NCBI GenBank assembly: GCA_963747235.1
Contig: CAVVEU010000014.1
Coordinates: 128,001-192,000 of the forward strand
Direction: 5' to 3'
DNA from: an uncultured Candidatus Rokubacteria bacterium
GTDB taxonomy: Bacteria > Methylomirabilota > Methylomirabilia > Rokubacteriales > CSP1-6
DNA: 64,000 nucleotides
The number at the start of each line of letters is the position of its first letter. Position 1 is the first letter of the stretch. Shown here piece by piece: positions 22,116 through 33,849 of this stretch. Below the pieces are notes generated by a model. The model worked only from the letters and a program-made list of their open reading frames with translations. It did no database searches and was not told where the DNA came from. The position numbers and the translations under genes were made by a program.

Positions 22116-23929
22116 CGGAGATGGAAGGGGACGTCGACGACCACGACGCCCTTGCGGAACAGCAGCGCTCCCTTGATGAGCAGGGCGGTCTGGTTGTGGA
22201 GGAGGTGCTGCCACCAGCGGGCCGGCACGAACTCGGGGATCACGATCGTGACCACCTGGCGCTCGCTCAGCGCGAGGAGGTGGTTGACGTAGTCGAGGAA
22301 CGGGGTGAGCAGCGACCGGTAGGGCGACGTCAGCACCACCAGGGGGATGCCGAGCCCCCACTTGCCCCACTTCTCCTCGAGCTTCTGGGTCCGCTCCGGA
22401 TCCATCTCCACGTAGACCGCCTTCACCGACGCGGAGAGAGTCTGCGCGTAGCGCAGCGCGGACGCCACGCCGCGGTGCAGGTCCCCCACCAGCACGAGCA
22501 CGGTGTGGTCGATCGGGGGCGGCCCGCCGTAGTCGTCGAGCGAGAGCTGGCCCGCCACGTCCGCGTAGTGGCGGTGGATCATCATGAAGAGCGCCACCAG
22601 CATGGGGATCAACAGCACGACCATCCAGGCCCCGTGGCTGAACTTGGTGACCGCGATCACCAGCATCACGAGCCCGGTGGTGGCCGCCCCCACCGCGTTG
22701 AGGACCCAGCGCCACCGCCAGCCCGGCTCGCGCCGCGTGAGCCAGCGCCGCACCATGCTCGCCTGCGAGAGCGTGAAGGAGAGGAACACACCGACCGCGT
22801 AGAGCGGGATGAGGGCGTGGGTGGCCCCGCCGAACAGCGCGATGAGGAGCGCGGCGAGGCCGCCCAGGATCAGGATCCCGTTCGAGAAGACGAGCCGATC
22901 CCCGCGGGTCGCGAACTGGCGGGGGATGAAGCCGTCGCGGGCCAGGAAGTAGGCCAGCCGCGGGAAGTCGGCGAAGGCGGTGTTGGCCGCGAAGACCAGG
23001 ATGAACATGGTGACGACCTGGATCTCGTAGTACAGGAGCCCGTCCCCGAAGATGAGACGGGCGAGCTGCGAGATCACCGTCTCCTCCGCCCGCGGCACCA
23101 CGTGAAGGTGGCGGGCCAGGAACGTGATGCCGACGAACAGGGTGATCAGGATGATGCCGAGCCACGCGAGGACGGCGCGGGCGTTGCGCGCCTCCGGGGG
23201 CCGGAAGGCGGGCACCCCGTCGGACACCGCCTCCACGCCGGTGAGGGCCGCGCAGCCGGAGGAGAAGGCGCGCAGCACCAGGAAGAGCGACAGGTCCTGG
23301 GTCGTCGCGAGATCGCCGGCCGGCGGCGGCGGCGTCTCCCATCCCGCGACCCAGCGGACGAACCCGTAGGCGAGCATGCCCGCGAAGCTCACCACGAAGA
23401 GGTAGGTGGGGACCGCGAAGAGATTGCTCGACTCCCGCAGGCCGCGCAGGTTCATGGTCGCGATGCCCGCGATGAAGAGCACGCCGAGCGGGATGCGATA
23501 GTCGTACAGCGCGGGGAACGCGGAGGTGATCGCGGCCACGCCCGCGGCCACGCTCACCGCCACCGTCAGCACGTAGTCGATGAGCAGCGCCGCTCCGGAG
23601 ACGAGCCCGGGCACCTGGCCCAGGTTGTCCTTGGTGACGATGTAGGAGCCGCCGCCCAGGGGATAGGCCAGGATGGTCTGCCGGTACGAGCTCACCACCA
23701 CCGCGATGAGCACCGCGATCGCGAGGCCGATCGGAATCGAGTAGACGAGCGCGGCGGTGCCCGCGATCACCAGGACGAGCAGGATCTCCTCGGTGGCGTA
23801 GGCGACGGAGGAGAGCGCGTCGGACGAGAACACCGCGAGCGCGGACGTCTTCGAGAGCCGCTCGTGCCGGGCCTGCGCCGTGGCGAGCGGTGATCCCACG
23901 AACAGCCTCTTCACGGCGCTGATCTTCAT
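22112..23929 (-). CDS. KimA/YdaO-like APC transporter (K+ uptake), paralog 1
   Basis: FSSDALSSVAYATEE, TGVEAVSDG and LLHNQ. Confidence 0.92.
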   Translation of the reverse strand: MKISAVKRLFVGSPLATAQARHERLSKTSALAVFSSDALSSVAYATEEILLVLVIAGTAALVYSIPIGLAIAVLIAVVVSSYRQTILAYPLGGGSYIVTKDNLGQVPGLVSGAALLIDYVLTVAVSVAAGVAAITSAFPALYDYRIPLGVLFIAGIATMNLRGLRESSNLFAVPTYLFVVSFAGMLAYGFVRWVAGWETPPPPAGDLATTQDLSLFLVLRAFSSGCAALTGVEAVSDGVPAFRPPEARNARAVLAWLGIILITLFVGITFLARHLHVVPRAEETVISQLARLIFGDGLLYYEIQVVTMFILVFAANTAFADFPRLAYFLARDGFIPRQFATRGDRLVFSNGILILGGLAALLIALFGGATHALIPLYAVGVFLSFTLSQASMVRRWLTRREPGWRWRWVLNAVGAATTGLVMLVIAVTKFSHGAWMVVLLIPMLVALFMMIHRHYADVAGQLSLDDYGGPPPIDHTVLVLVGDLHRGVASALRYAQTLSASVKAVYVEMDPERTQKLEEKWGKWGLGIPLVVLTSPYRSLLTPFLDYVNHLLALSERQVVTIVIPEFVPARWWQHLLHNQTALLIKGALLFRKGVVVVDVPFHLR

Positions 23930-23945
23930 CGTCCCTGAGGCACCT

Positions 23946-23975
23946 ACGCTAGAGGCGGGGGCGCCCGGGTGTCAA
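23946..23975 (-). promoter_or_regulatory. Sigma-70 promoter for the KimA-like pair
   Basis: TTGACA-N18-TAGCGT on the minus strand. Confidence 0.6.
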
Positions 23976-24003
23976 GCATTCGCGTCTCCCGAGACGGCCC
24001 GCG

Positions 24004-24204
24004 TCACGCCGACTTCGGTCCGTCCGGCCCCGGGCCGCTGCCCGGCTTCGGCTCGGGGGGCGCGTCCGGCGTCTCCACGCCGCGCTTGAACTCGCGGATC
24101 GCCTGCCCCAGCGAGCGGCCGAGCTCCGGGATCTTCGCACCACCGAACAGCACCAGCGCGATCAGCAGGATCAGCATCAGCTCCTGAGCACCCAGACCGA
24201 ACAT
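24004..24204 (-). CDS. tatA: Twin-arginine translocase TatA
   Basis: MFGLGAQELMLILLIALVLFGGAKIPELGRSLGQAIREFK; SD GAGGAGG. Confidence 0.95.
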   Translation of the reverse strand: MFGLGAQELMLILLIALVLFGGAKIPELGRSLGQAIREFKRGVETPDAPPEPKPGSGPGPDGPKSA

Positions 24205-24282
24205 GCGCATCCTCCTCGACGGTAGGATCTCGACCACGATGCGGGCGGAGACACCGCCCGGGAACGGCGCGTGGAGAGGAGA

Positions 24283-24576
24283 CTAGGCGAGAGGTGGAGC
24301 GCGGAAGCGGACGCGGGCGGGCGCGACACCGCGCGGGCCCGCGGGCGGGCCCGGCGCGACCATCGCGAGCGCGGCCAGGAGCGGGATCACCCCGCCCGCC
24401 GCCGCGGCCAGCGCGGGCAGCCGCTCGGAGAGCGGGAGCGGTCCCGCGTCGCCGTCGTCGCCGTCGAAGTAGCTCGGGGCCCACGCGACGTCGGCGGTCT
24501 CGAGGGTCACCGTCGCGGCGAGCGCCAGGTGCAGCAGCGCCAGCCCCAGCACCACGAGCGTCCGTCGCTCCCACAT
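24283..24576 (-). CDS. Putative RAPP-type ribosome-arrest leader peptide (97 aa)
   Basis: MWERR plus hydrophobic segment, YFDGDDGD, second hydrophobic stretch, ends RFRAPPLA-stop. Confidence 0.7.
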   Translation of the reverse strand: MWERRTLVVLGLALLHLALAATVTLETADVAWAPSYFDGDDGDAGPLPLSERLPALAAAAGGVIPLLAALAMVAPGPPAGPRGVAPARVRFRAPPLA

Positions 24577-24583
24577 GCCGCCG

Positions 24584-24612
24584 AGCCTACGGCCGTGGTG
24601 CCCGCGTGTCAA
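24584..24612 (-). promoter_or_regulatory. Sigma-70 promoter giving a leaderless uORF transcript
   Basis: TTGACA-N17-TAGGCT, with ATG 7 nt downstream. Confidence 0.75.
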
Positions 24613-24662
24613 ATTCGGCCCCGATCCGTCTCGACGGGTGCGATGCTGAAGGCCGAAGCCTC

Positions 24663-25145
24663 ATGAACATCCTGGTCCCCGACATCACCATCGTCGAGAA
24701 GGTGCTGCGCGCGGGGGTGGTGTACGCGTTCCTGCTCGTGGCCTTCCGTCTCTGCGGCAAGCGGCAGCTCGGCCAGCTCAGCGCCTTCGATCTCGTCGTC
24801 CTGCTCCTGATCAGCAACGTGCTGCAGAACGCGATGATCGGGGACGACAACTCGCTCACCGGCGGGATCATCGGCGCGGTGACCATCCTCGTCCTGAACT
24901 CGGTGGTGGCCTATCTGACCTTCCGCTTCAAGCGGGTCGACCGCGTGGTGGAGCACTCCCCCACCGTGCTCGTCCGCCACGGCCGCATCATCCGCGACAA
25001 CCTGCGGCGGGAGCGGCTCGGTCCCCGCGATCTGCGCGCGGCCCTGCGTCACCACGGGGTCGTCTCGCTGCGGGACATCCGGTACGCCTTCCTGGAGGAG
25101 GACGGCCACGTGAGCGTCGTCACCCGCCGGCCCGCCGGCGAGTGA
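24663..25145 (+). CDS. DUF421 / YetF membrane protein
   Basis: GKRQLGQLSAFDLVVLLLISN...PTVLVRHGRI...LEEDGHVSV. Confidence 0.9.
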   Translation: MNILVPDITIVEKVLRAGVVYAFLLVAFRLCGKRQLGQLSAFDLVVLLLISNVLQNAMIGDDNSLTGGIIGAVTILVLNSVVAYLTFRFKRVDRVVEHSPTVLVRHGRIIRDNLRRERLGPRDLRAALRHHGVVSLRDIRYAFLEEDGHVSVVTRRPAGE

Positions 25146-25167
25146 GTCCCCGCGTCGGCGAGGGTTC

Positions 25168-25785
25168 GTGAGCGATCTCCACGAGTTCGTCGGGCACTGG
25201 GGTTACCTCGCCATCTTCGTGGTCGTGGTGCTGGGCAACGTGGGCCTCCCGGTGCCGGAGGAGACCATCCTGGCCCTCGCCGGCTACCTGGTCTGGCGTG
25301 GCAAGCTCCGCCTCTCCCTGGTGCTCGCGGTCGGCATCGTGAGCGCGGTGGTGGGCGACAACATCGGCTACTGGCTCGGGCGTCGCTACGGGCAGACCGC
25401 GATGCCGCGTTACGCGCGCTGGGTGCTCGGCCACCCCGAGCGCCTCGAGACCATGAAGGCGTTCGTGGGCCGCCGCGGGCCGCTGGCGGTGTTCGTCGCC
25501 CGGTTCGTCCCCGGCGTCCGCTTCACCGCGGGGCCGCTCGCGGGGGCTCTCGGGATGCGGTTCGCGGCGTTCCTCATCGCCAACGTGGCGGGCGCCCTCG
25601 TCTACGTGCCGGTGGTGGTGGGCGCCGGCTACGCGGTGGGCTACGGCTTCGGGGACTACGTGGAGCGCCTGCGCTACGTGGTGGGGGAAGTGGAGCGGAT
25701 CGTGCTGATCGTCGTGCTGGTCGGCATTCTCGCCCTCGTGGCGGTGCGCATCGTGCAGGCGATGCGCCGGCGCGACGCGGTCTGA
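25168..25785 (+). CDS. DedA family membrane protein
   Basis: GLPVPEE, GDNIGYWLGR and ARFVPGVR motifs. Confidence 0.92.
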   Translation: MSDLHEFVGHWGYLAIFVVVVLGNVGLPVPEETILALAGYLVWRGKLRLSLVLAVGIVSAVVGDNIGYWLGRRYGQTAMPRYARWVLGHPERLETMKAFVGRRGPLAVFVARFVPGVRFTAGPLAGALGMRFAAFLIANVAGALVYVPVVVGAGYAVGYGFGDYVERLRYVVGEVERIVLIVVLVGILALVAVRIVQAMRRRDAV

Positions 25786-25835
25786 ATCGCCGCGGCGACC
25801 GGACGCGCGGCGCGCCCGATCGCCGCGGCCCCGGC

Positions 25836-26807
25836 TCAGTGCCCCCTGGCCTCCCCGAAGCCGTCGGAGCCCTGCAGGCGCTCCGCGGTGCCCGGGATGA
25901 ACCGGCGCTCCAGCTCCTGGAAATGTGAGACCCGGGCCATCACGTGGTGGCTCTCGGTGGGATGGCCCGCCTTCAGCCGCTCGAGCGTCCACTGGGCCTG
26001 CTCCTCGTTCTTCACCAGCTCCTGCATGAAGTTCCACACCGAGTGCATCGCGGCGTGGGCCCCGAACAGCGTGATGAAGATGAAGCGATAGCCGAGCTCG
26101 CCGAGCTCCCGGAAGGTGAGCGGATTGTCGTCCTTGTGCCAGCGGAACGACGAGGAGTAGTTGAAGGCGAGCGGCAGGTTCGGATGGGTCTCCTTCATGG
26201 CGCGCGCGAACTCGATCGCGGGCCCCCGGTCCGAGTTCGACAGCTCGGCCCAGACGAGATCCACGCCCGCGTCGGCGTAGGCCCGGCCGCGCCAGATCGC
26301 CTCCTCCATGCTCCCGCCCACCGCCCCGTAGGCGTCGGTGCGCGCGATGACCACGAAGTCGCGGTCGAGCCGGTCGCGCTCCGCGAGGGCGGACCGGTAC
26401 TTGCCGAGCGCTTCCTCGCGCGACACGATCGTCTTCCCCGCGATGTGGCCGCAGCGCTTCGGGAAGCGCTGGTCCTCGAGGTGGATGCCCGCCACCCCGG
26501 TCTTCACGAACTCCTGCACCGTGCGCATCGTCGAGAGCGCGTTGCCGTAGCCGTCGTCGGCGTCCGCGATGATCGGCACCTCGACCGCGCTGGCCACCAT
26601 CGACGCCGCCTTCGTCACCTCGGTCATGGTGAGGAAGCCCATGTCGGGCCAGCCGTTGAGCATGGCCAGCGAGTAGCCGCTCAGGTAGATGGACTTCATG
26701 CCGGCCTGCTCGGCGATCTGGGCGTCGAGCGGCGAGTAGATGCCGCCGGTGAAGAGATAGGGCTCATCCTGCAGCAGCCGGCGGAACGTCTTTCCCTTGG
26801 ACTCCAT
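25836..26807 (-). CDS. Isocitrate lyase / PEP-mutase family lyase
   Basis: YLSGY, DADDGYG, HLEDQ..PKRCGH, ARTDA, AFNYSSSF and FIFITL motifs. Confidence 0.88.
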   Translation of the reverse strand: MESKGKTFRRLLQDEPYLFTGGIYSPLDAQIAEQAGMKSIYLSGYSLAMLNGWPDMGFLTMTEVTKAASMVASAVEVPIIADADDGYGNALSTMRTVQEFVKTGVAGIHLEDQRFPKRCGHIAGKTIVSREEALGKYRSALAERDRLDRDFVVIARTDAYGAVGGSMEEAIWRGRAYADAGVDLVWAELSNSDRGPAIEFARAMKETHPNLPLAFNYSSSFRWHKDDNPLTFRELGELGYRFIFITLFGAHAAMHSVWNFMQELVKNEEQAQWTLERLKAGHPTESHHVMARVSHFQELERRFIPGTAERLQGSDGFGEARGH

Positions 26808-26882
26808 CGTGACGCCTCCCTCGGAGCGATCGCGCCGGCGCCATGGCGAGCGCGCGCCGGCGGCAATAGGTGTCGGAACGGA

Positions 26883-27056
26883 TCAGGCCTGGGCGGCCCA
26901 GGGCAATTCCAGCAAGCTCTCGGCGCAGGCCGAGCAGTAGCTGGCGGACTCGAGCTCATACGAGCACGCGGGGCAGCACGCGGCCCCACACGCGATACAG
27001 CCTAGGTGGTTGAACGAGAACTGGACGTCGGTTCCGCAGCGGCACTGAGCCCCCAT
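26883..27056 (-). CDS. Small Cys-rich (B-box/Zn-finger-like) protein, 57 aa
   Basis: CRC...CIACGAACCPAC...YCSAC; SD AAGGAGGAG. Confidence 0.75.
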   Translation of the reverse strand: MGAQCRCGTDVQFSFNHLGCIACGAACCPACSYELESASYCSACAESLLELPWAAQA

Positions 27057-27093
27057 TGGCTCCTCCTTGAGCACGAGATGCTCTCGGATGGAG

Positions 27094-27108
27094 ACAAGAA
27101 GCGTTCCA
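27094..27108 (-). promoter_or_regulatory. Sigma-54 (-24/-12) promoter candidate
   Basis: TGGAAC-GCTTC-TTGT versus consensus TGGCAC-N5-TTGC. Confidence 0.6.
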
Positions 27109-27170
27109 GGGCTCAGAACGACCGGAACTAGCTGATTAGGCTACCTGTATGCAAAGCGACGACACAGCAA

Positions 27171-27295
27171 AAGAGACACGTATGACTCACTCCAAGTGGG
27201 GATATTTCTGCGTAGTCTAGCTGTAAGAGATTGATCTGGATGGAGTTTTCGTACATGATCCAGAATGAGTCTTCAATGACTCATATATGAGTCAT
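27171..27295. promoter_or_regulatory. Enhancer-like TGACTCA palindromes and IHF-like site
   Basis: Perfect 20-bp palindrome ATGACTCATATATGAGTCAT (27276-27295), further half-sites, and ATCAA-N4-TTA at 27235-27224. Confidence 0.6.
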
Positions 27296-28648
<1,353 letters not shown>

Positions 28649-28656
28649 CTGCCCGG

Positions 28657-30018
28657 CTAGAAGGGCTGGGCCTCCGGGCGCTTGGCGAGGCGCTCGAAGG
28701 AGGCGTACTCGGGGATGAACGTGACCTGGACCTTGCCGGTGGGCCCGTTGCGCTGCTTGCCGATGATCACGTCGGCCACCCGGTCCCCGTCCTCCGACTG
28801 CAGGCCGTACCGCTCGGGCCGGTAGAGGAAGAGGATGACGTCGGCGTCCTGCTCCAGCGCGCCCGACTCGCGCAGGTCCGAGAGCTGCGGCTCCTTGCGC
28901 TCGCGGGTCTCCACCGCGCGGGAGAGCTGCGACAGCGCGACCACCGGCACGTACAGCTCCTTGGCGAGGGCCTTGAGCGAGCGCGAGATGTCCGAGATCT
29001 CCTGCTGGCGGTTCTCCTGCTGGTGGCGGCCGCGCATGAGCTGGAGATAGTCGATGACGATCAGGTCGAGGCCGTGCTCCGCCTTCATGCGCCGCGCCTT
29101 GGCGCGCGCTTCGAGCACGGTGAGCGCGGGCGAGTCGTCGATGTAGACCGGCGCCTCCGCGAGCCGCCCCGCCGCATTGGTGAGGCGCGTCCAGTCGCGC
29201 GGGTCGAGATAGCCGGTGCGCACCTTGTGGGAATCCACCTTGGCCTCCGCGCACAGCAGCCGCTGCACGAGCTGCTCCTTGGACATCTCGAGGCTCAGCA
29301 CCAGCACCCGCTTGTGGTCCTCGACCCCCGCGAACTTGGCGATGTTCAGCGCGAAGGCGGTCTTGCCCATGGAGGGCCGGCCCGCGATGATGATGAAGTC
29401 GCTGGGCTGGAAGCCCGAGGTCATGCGGTCGAGGTCGTCGAAGCCGGTGGCGAGCCCGGTGATGTGCTCCTTGCGGTCGTACAGCTTCTCGATGTGCTCG
29501 AAGGTGTCCTTCAGGATGGCCCGCACCGGGAAGGCCGAGCCCTGCATGCGCCGCTCGGAGATCTGGAAGATCAGCCGCTCCGCGTCGTCGAGCAGCTTGT
29601 CCACGTCGTCGCGGGCCTCGTAGCTCTGCCCGATGATCTCGGTGGCGATGCGGATGAGGTCGCGCAGGAGCGCCTTCTCCCGCACGATCGCCCCGTAGGA
29701 CAGCAGGTGGGCCGCGGTCGCCGCCTCCTCGACCAGGCTCGCGAGGGCGGCCGCGCCGCCCACCTCTTCCAGGGTCGCGCGACGCTTCAGCTCCTCCGAC
29801 ACGGTGAGCAGGTCCACCGGCTCGTTGCGCTCGAAGAGCGCGAGGGTGGCGTCGAAGATCTTGCGGTGCCCTTCCTTGTAGAAGTCGGCGGGCTTGAGGA
29901 GCTCGATGGCCTTGGGCAGGCTCTCCCGCTCCAGCAGAATCGCCCCCAGCACGGCCCGCTCGGCCTCCAGGCTGTGGGGCGGGATCTTGGAGGTCAGCAG
30001 GTCGGTGAGGGTGGCCAC
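28657..30018 (-). CDS. dnaB: Replicative helicase DnaB
   Basis: GRPSMGKT, IDYLQLM, LSQLSR and DLRESGALEQDAD. Confidence 0.97.
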   Translation of the reverse strand: MATLTDLLTSKIPPHSLEAERAVLGAILLERESLPKAIELLKPADFYKEGHRKIFDATLALFERNEPVDLLTVSEELKRRATLEEVGGAAALASLVEEAATAAHLLSYGAIVREKALLRDLIRIATEIIGQSYEARDDVDKLLDDAERLIFQISERRMQGSAFPVRAILKDTFEHIEKLYDRKEHITGLATGFDDLDRMTSGFQPSDFIIIAGRPSMGKTAFALNIAKFAGVEDHKRVLVLSLEMSKEQLVQRLLCAEAKVDSHKVRTGYLDPRDWTRLTNAAGRLAEAPVYIDDSPALTVLEARAKARRMKAEHGLDLIVIDYLQLMRGRHQQENRQQEISDISRSLKALAKELYVPVVALSQLSRAVETRERKEPQLSDLRESGALEQDADVILFLYRPERYGLQSEDGDRVADVIIGKQRNGPTGKVQVTFIPEYASFERLAKRPEAQPF

Positions 30019-30020
30019 CG

Positions 30021-30464
30021 CTACTCCCGGGTCACGGACACCTTCAACTGGGCGGTGACGTCGTGATGCAGGCGCACCGGCACCGAGAACTCGCCGAGCG
30101 TCTTGATCGGCTCGTCGAGCGCGATGCGGCGTCGCTCGACCTCGATGCCGTGCTGCGAGAGGAAGCTCGCGAGATCGGCGCGACCCACCGAGCCGAAGAG
30201 CCGGCCCTCGTCGGAGGCCTGCCGGCGCTGGGCGAAGTGCAGGGCCTCGATGGCCTGGGCCTGGCTCTGCGCGTCCGCGTGGAGCTTCGCCGCCTGCGCG
30301 TTCTGGCGCGCCTTGATCTGCTCGATGTTCTTGAGGTTCGCCGGGGTGGCGTGCAGGGCGAGCTTCTGGGGCAGCAGGAAGTTGCGCGCGTAGCCGTCGG
30401 AGACGTCGCGGACCTCGCCGCGTCGGCCCAGGGTCGGCACGTCGTCCATCAAGATGATCTTCAT
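30021..30464 (-). CDS. rplI: 50S ribosomal protein L9
   Basis: MKIIL..DV..LG..G....VSDGYARNFLLP and LFGSV. Confidence 0.96.
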   Translation of the reverse strand: MKIILMDDVPTLGRRGEVRDVSDGYARNFLLPQKLALHATPANLKNIEQIKARQNAQAAKLHADAQSQAQAIEALHFAQRRQASDEGRLFGSVGRADLASFLSQHGIEVERRRIALDEPIKTLGEFSVPVRLHHDVTAQLKVSVTRE

Positions 30465-30484
30465 GGCAAGATGATCTTCATGGC
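30451..30484. repeat. Perfect 17-bp tandem duplication of the rplI start
   Basis: AAGATGATCTTCATGGC twice. Confidence 0.9.
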
Positions 30485-30485
30485 G

Positions 30486-30731
30486 TCACTCGGCGGTCTG
30501 GGCGAGCAGGGCCACCGTGCGCGCGCGGCGGACGGCGCGGGTGAGCTGCCGCTGATGGCGGGCGCAGCTCCCCGAGATGCGACGCGGGGTGATCTTGCCG
30601 CGCTCCGAGACGAAGTTGCGGAGCCGGCGAATATCCTTGTAGTCGACGAGGCTGACCCGGTCGACGCAGAACTTGCAAACCTTGCGGCGACCGAACCGAC
30701 GCCGCTTGACGGGCTTTCCACCTGGCGGAAT
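30486..30731 (-). CDS. rpsR: 30S ribosomal protein S18 (Zn-binding type), apparent ATT start
   Basis: Not in the ORF track. RRKVCKFC...DYKD...[24 protein letters not shown]; GAGGAGG-N8-ATT. Confidence 0.92.
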   Translation of the reverse strand: MPPGGKPVKRRRFGRRKVCKFCVDRVSLVDYKDIRRLRNFVSERGKITPRRISGSCARHQRQLTRAVRRARTVALLAQTAE

Positions 30732-30776
30732 GGCTTGTTCCTCCTCTCGGAACGGGACTGCTTGGAACGGGACTGG

Positions 30777-31193
30777 CTAGAACGGCACCTCGTCGTCGGC
30801 TTCACCGGCGCCCGCCTCGACCGGCTCGGGCACCCCGCCGGGCGCGGAGGCGGCGGCGGACTTGCTGCGTCCCATGAACTGCACCCGCTCCGCGACGACC
30901 TCGACGACGCTGCGCTTCTGGCCGTCCTTCGTTTCCCAGTCGCGAGTCTGCAGCCGTCCCTCGACCATGATCGGGCTGCCCTTGTCGAGGTACTCGCCGC
31001 AGCTCTCGGCCTGCTTGCCCCACACGACCACGGTGAGGAAGCAGGTCTCTTCGCGCTTCTCCCCACCCTGCGTGGTGTAGTTCCGGTTGACGGCGAGCCG
31101 GAGATCGGCCACCGCGGTGCCGCTCGGCGTGTACCGCAGCTCCGGAGTCCGCGTCAGATTGCCGATCAGGAATACTCGGTTCAGGTTCGCCAT
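30777..31193 (-). CDS. ssb: Single-stranded DNA-binding protein
   Basis: NRVFLIGNL..PELRYTPSG; C-terminal DDEVPF. Confidence 0.97.
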   Translation of the reverse strand: MANLNRVFLIGNLTRTPELRYTPSGTAVADLRLAVNRNYTTQGGEKREETCFLTVVVWGKQAESCGEYLDKGSPIMVEGRLQTRDWETKDGQKRSVVEVVAERVQFMGRSKSAAASAPGGVPEPVEAGAGEADDEVPF

Positions 31194-31537
31194 CAGACGA
31201 CCTCCTCCACTGCCGGAGCCGGCGGCTTCGGCGCCGTCCGGACCCGCTTGGGCGCCGGAACGCGGGTCGTGAAATACCGGAGGACCTGCTCGTTGAGCTT
31301 CAGCTGGCGTTCGAACTCCTTGATGGTGGCCGGCTCCGCCTTGGACTCGAGGACCGCGTAGGTGCCCTCGCGCTGCTTGCGCATGTCGTAGGCCAGCCGC
31401 CGCTTGCCCCAGCTCTCCGCCTTGCCGATTTCACCGCCGAGCGTCTTGAGCGTCTCCTGCACCTTGGTGAGGAGCGCGGCCACTTCTTCCTCGTTCAGCC
31501 GGGGATCCAGGATCAGTAGGGTCTCGTACGGGTACAA
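31193..31537 (-). CDS. rpsF: 30S ribosomal protein S6
   Basis: YETLLILDP...WGKRRLAY; TTG start after GAGGAGGTGA. Confidence 0.95.
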   Translation of the reverse strand: MYPYETLLILDPRLNEEEVAALLTKVQETLKTLGGEIGKAESWGKRRLAYDMRKQREGTYAVLESKAEPATIKEFERQLKLNEQVLRYFTTRVPAPKRVRTAPKPPAPAVEEVV

Positions 31538-31634
31538 ATACTCACCTCCTCGCCAGTTTCGCTAAGTTTCGCTATTTGAAGCGCTTAACGTTACCAGAGC
31601 CTGCCGTGAAAGACAACCTCGGTCAAGAGTGCAC

Positions 31635-31672
31635 AAAAGAGTACGGCCCTTGCCGTCGCCGGCAAGGGCCGC
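31635..31672 (-). terminator. groL terminator
   Basis: CGGCCCTTGCCG / CGGCAAGGGCCG stem followed by TACTCTTTT on the minus strand. Confidence 0.7.
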
Positions 31673-31701
31673 CCTCCCGCACCCGGCCGCTCTCGCCGGG
31701 T

Positions 31702-33321
<1,620 letters not shown>

Positions 33322-33404
33322 GCTGAGTCTCCTCCGATTCGATGGAATTGGCCGCGCCCCTGTGGGCCCGGCCGGGTTTGTTTGGGTTGCGCTCCTCGAA
33401 GGAA

Positions 33405-33692
33405 CTACTCGATGATCGCGAGCACGTCCTCTTCACGCAGGATCAGGTACTCCTCGTCGTCCAGCTTGACCTCGGAGCCCGAGTACTTGCCGAAGAGGAT
33501 CTTGTCGCCGGCCTTCACGTCGAGGGGGATCTTCTTGCCGTCCTCGTTCACCTTCCCGCCCCCCACCGCGATGACCTTCCCCTCCTGGGGCTTTTCCTTC
33601 GCGGTGTCCGGGATGATGATCCCGCCCTTCTTGACCTCTTTCTCCTCTTCCCGCTTCACGAGAATTCGGTCATGCAACGGACGAATCTTCAT
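33405..33692 (-). CDS. groS: Co-chaperonin GroES
   Basis: [10 protein letters not shown]...[16 protein letters not shown]. Confidence 0.98.
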   Translation of the reverse strand: MKIRPLHDRILVKREEEKEVKKGGIIIPDTAKEKPQEGKVIAVGGGKVNEDGKKIPLDVKAGDKILFGKYSGSEVKLDDEEYLILREEDVLAIIE

Positions 33693-33752
33693 AGTCAACG
33701 CGCCTCCAGATAGTAAGATGTTTGGCCTTGCGGGCTGGTCCCGCTGCAGGGC

Positions 33753-33779
33753 TTAGCACTCAACCAAGCCGAGTGCTAA
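33753..33779. promoter_or_regulatory. CIRCE element (HrcA operator)
   Basis: Perfect TTAGCACTC-N9-GAGTGCTAA, overlapping the minus-strand promoter TTGACA(33805)-N16-TATATT. Confidence 0.95.
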
Positions 33780-33849
33780 TATAGCAGCGCTTCCCGGGAT
33801 GTCAATTCAAAAAGAGCCTTAAAAATAAGCACCTTGGAAAGGCAGGCTC

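Noticed and set aside
23930-24003. ydaO c-di-AMP riboswitch before the KimA-like genes
   Set aside because: The spacer is only 74 nt, holds a promoter close to the start codon, and has no riboswitch consensus.
30478-30678. 66-aa ORF-track call at the rpsR position
   Set aside because: Wrong frame; the S18 motifs are in the frame 30731-30486.
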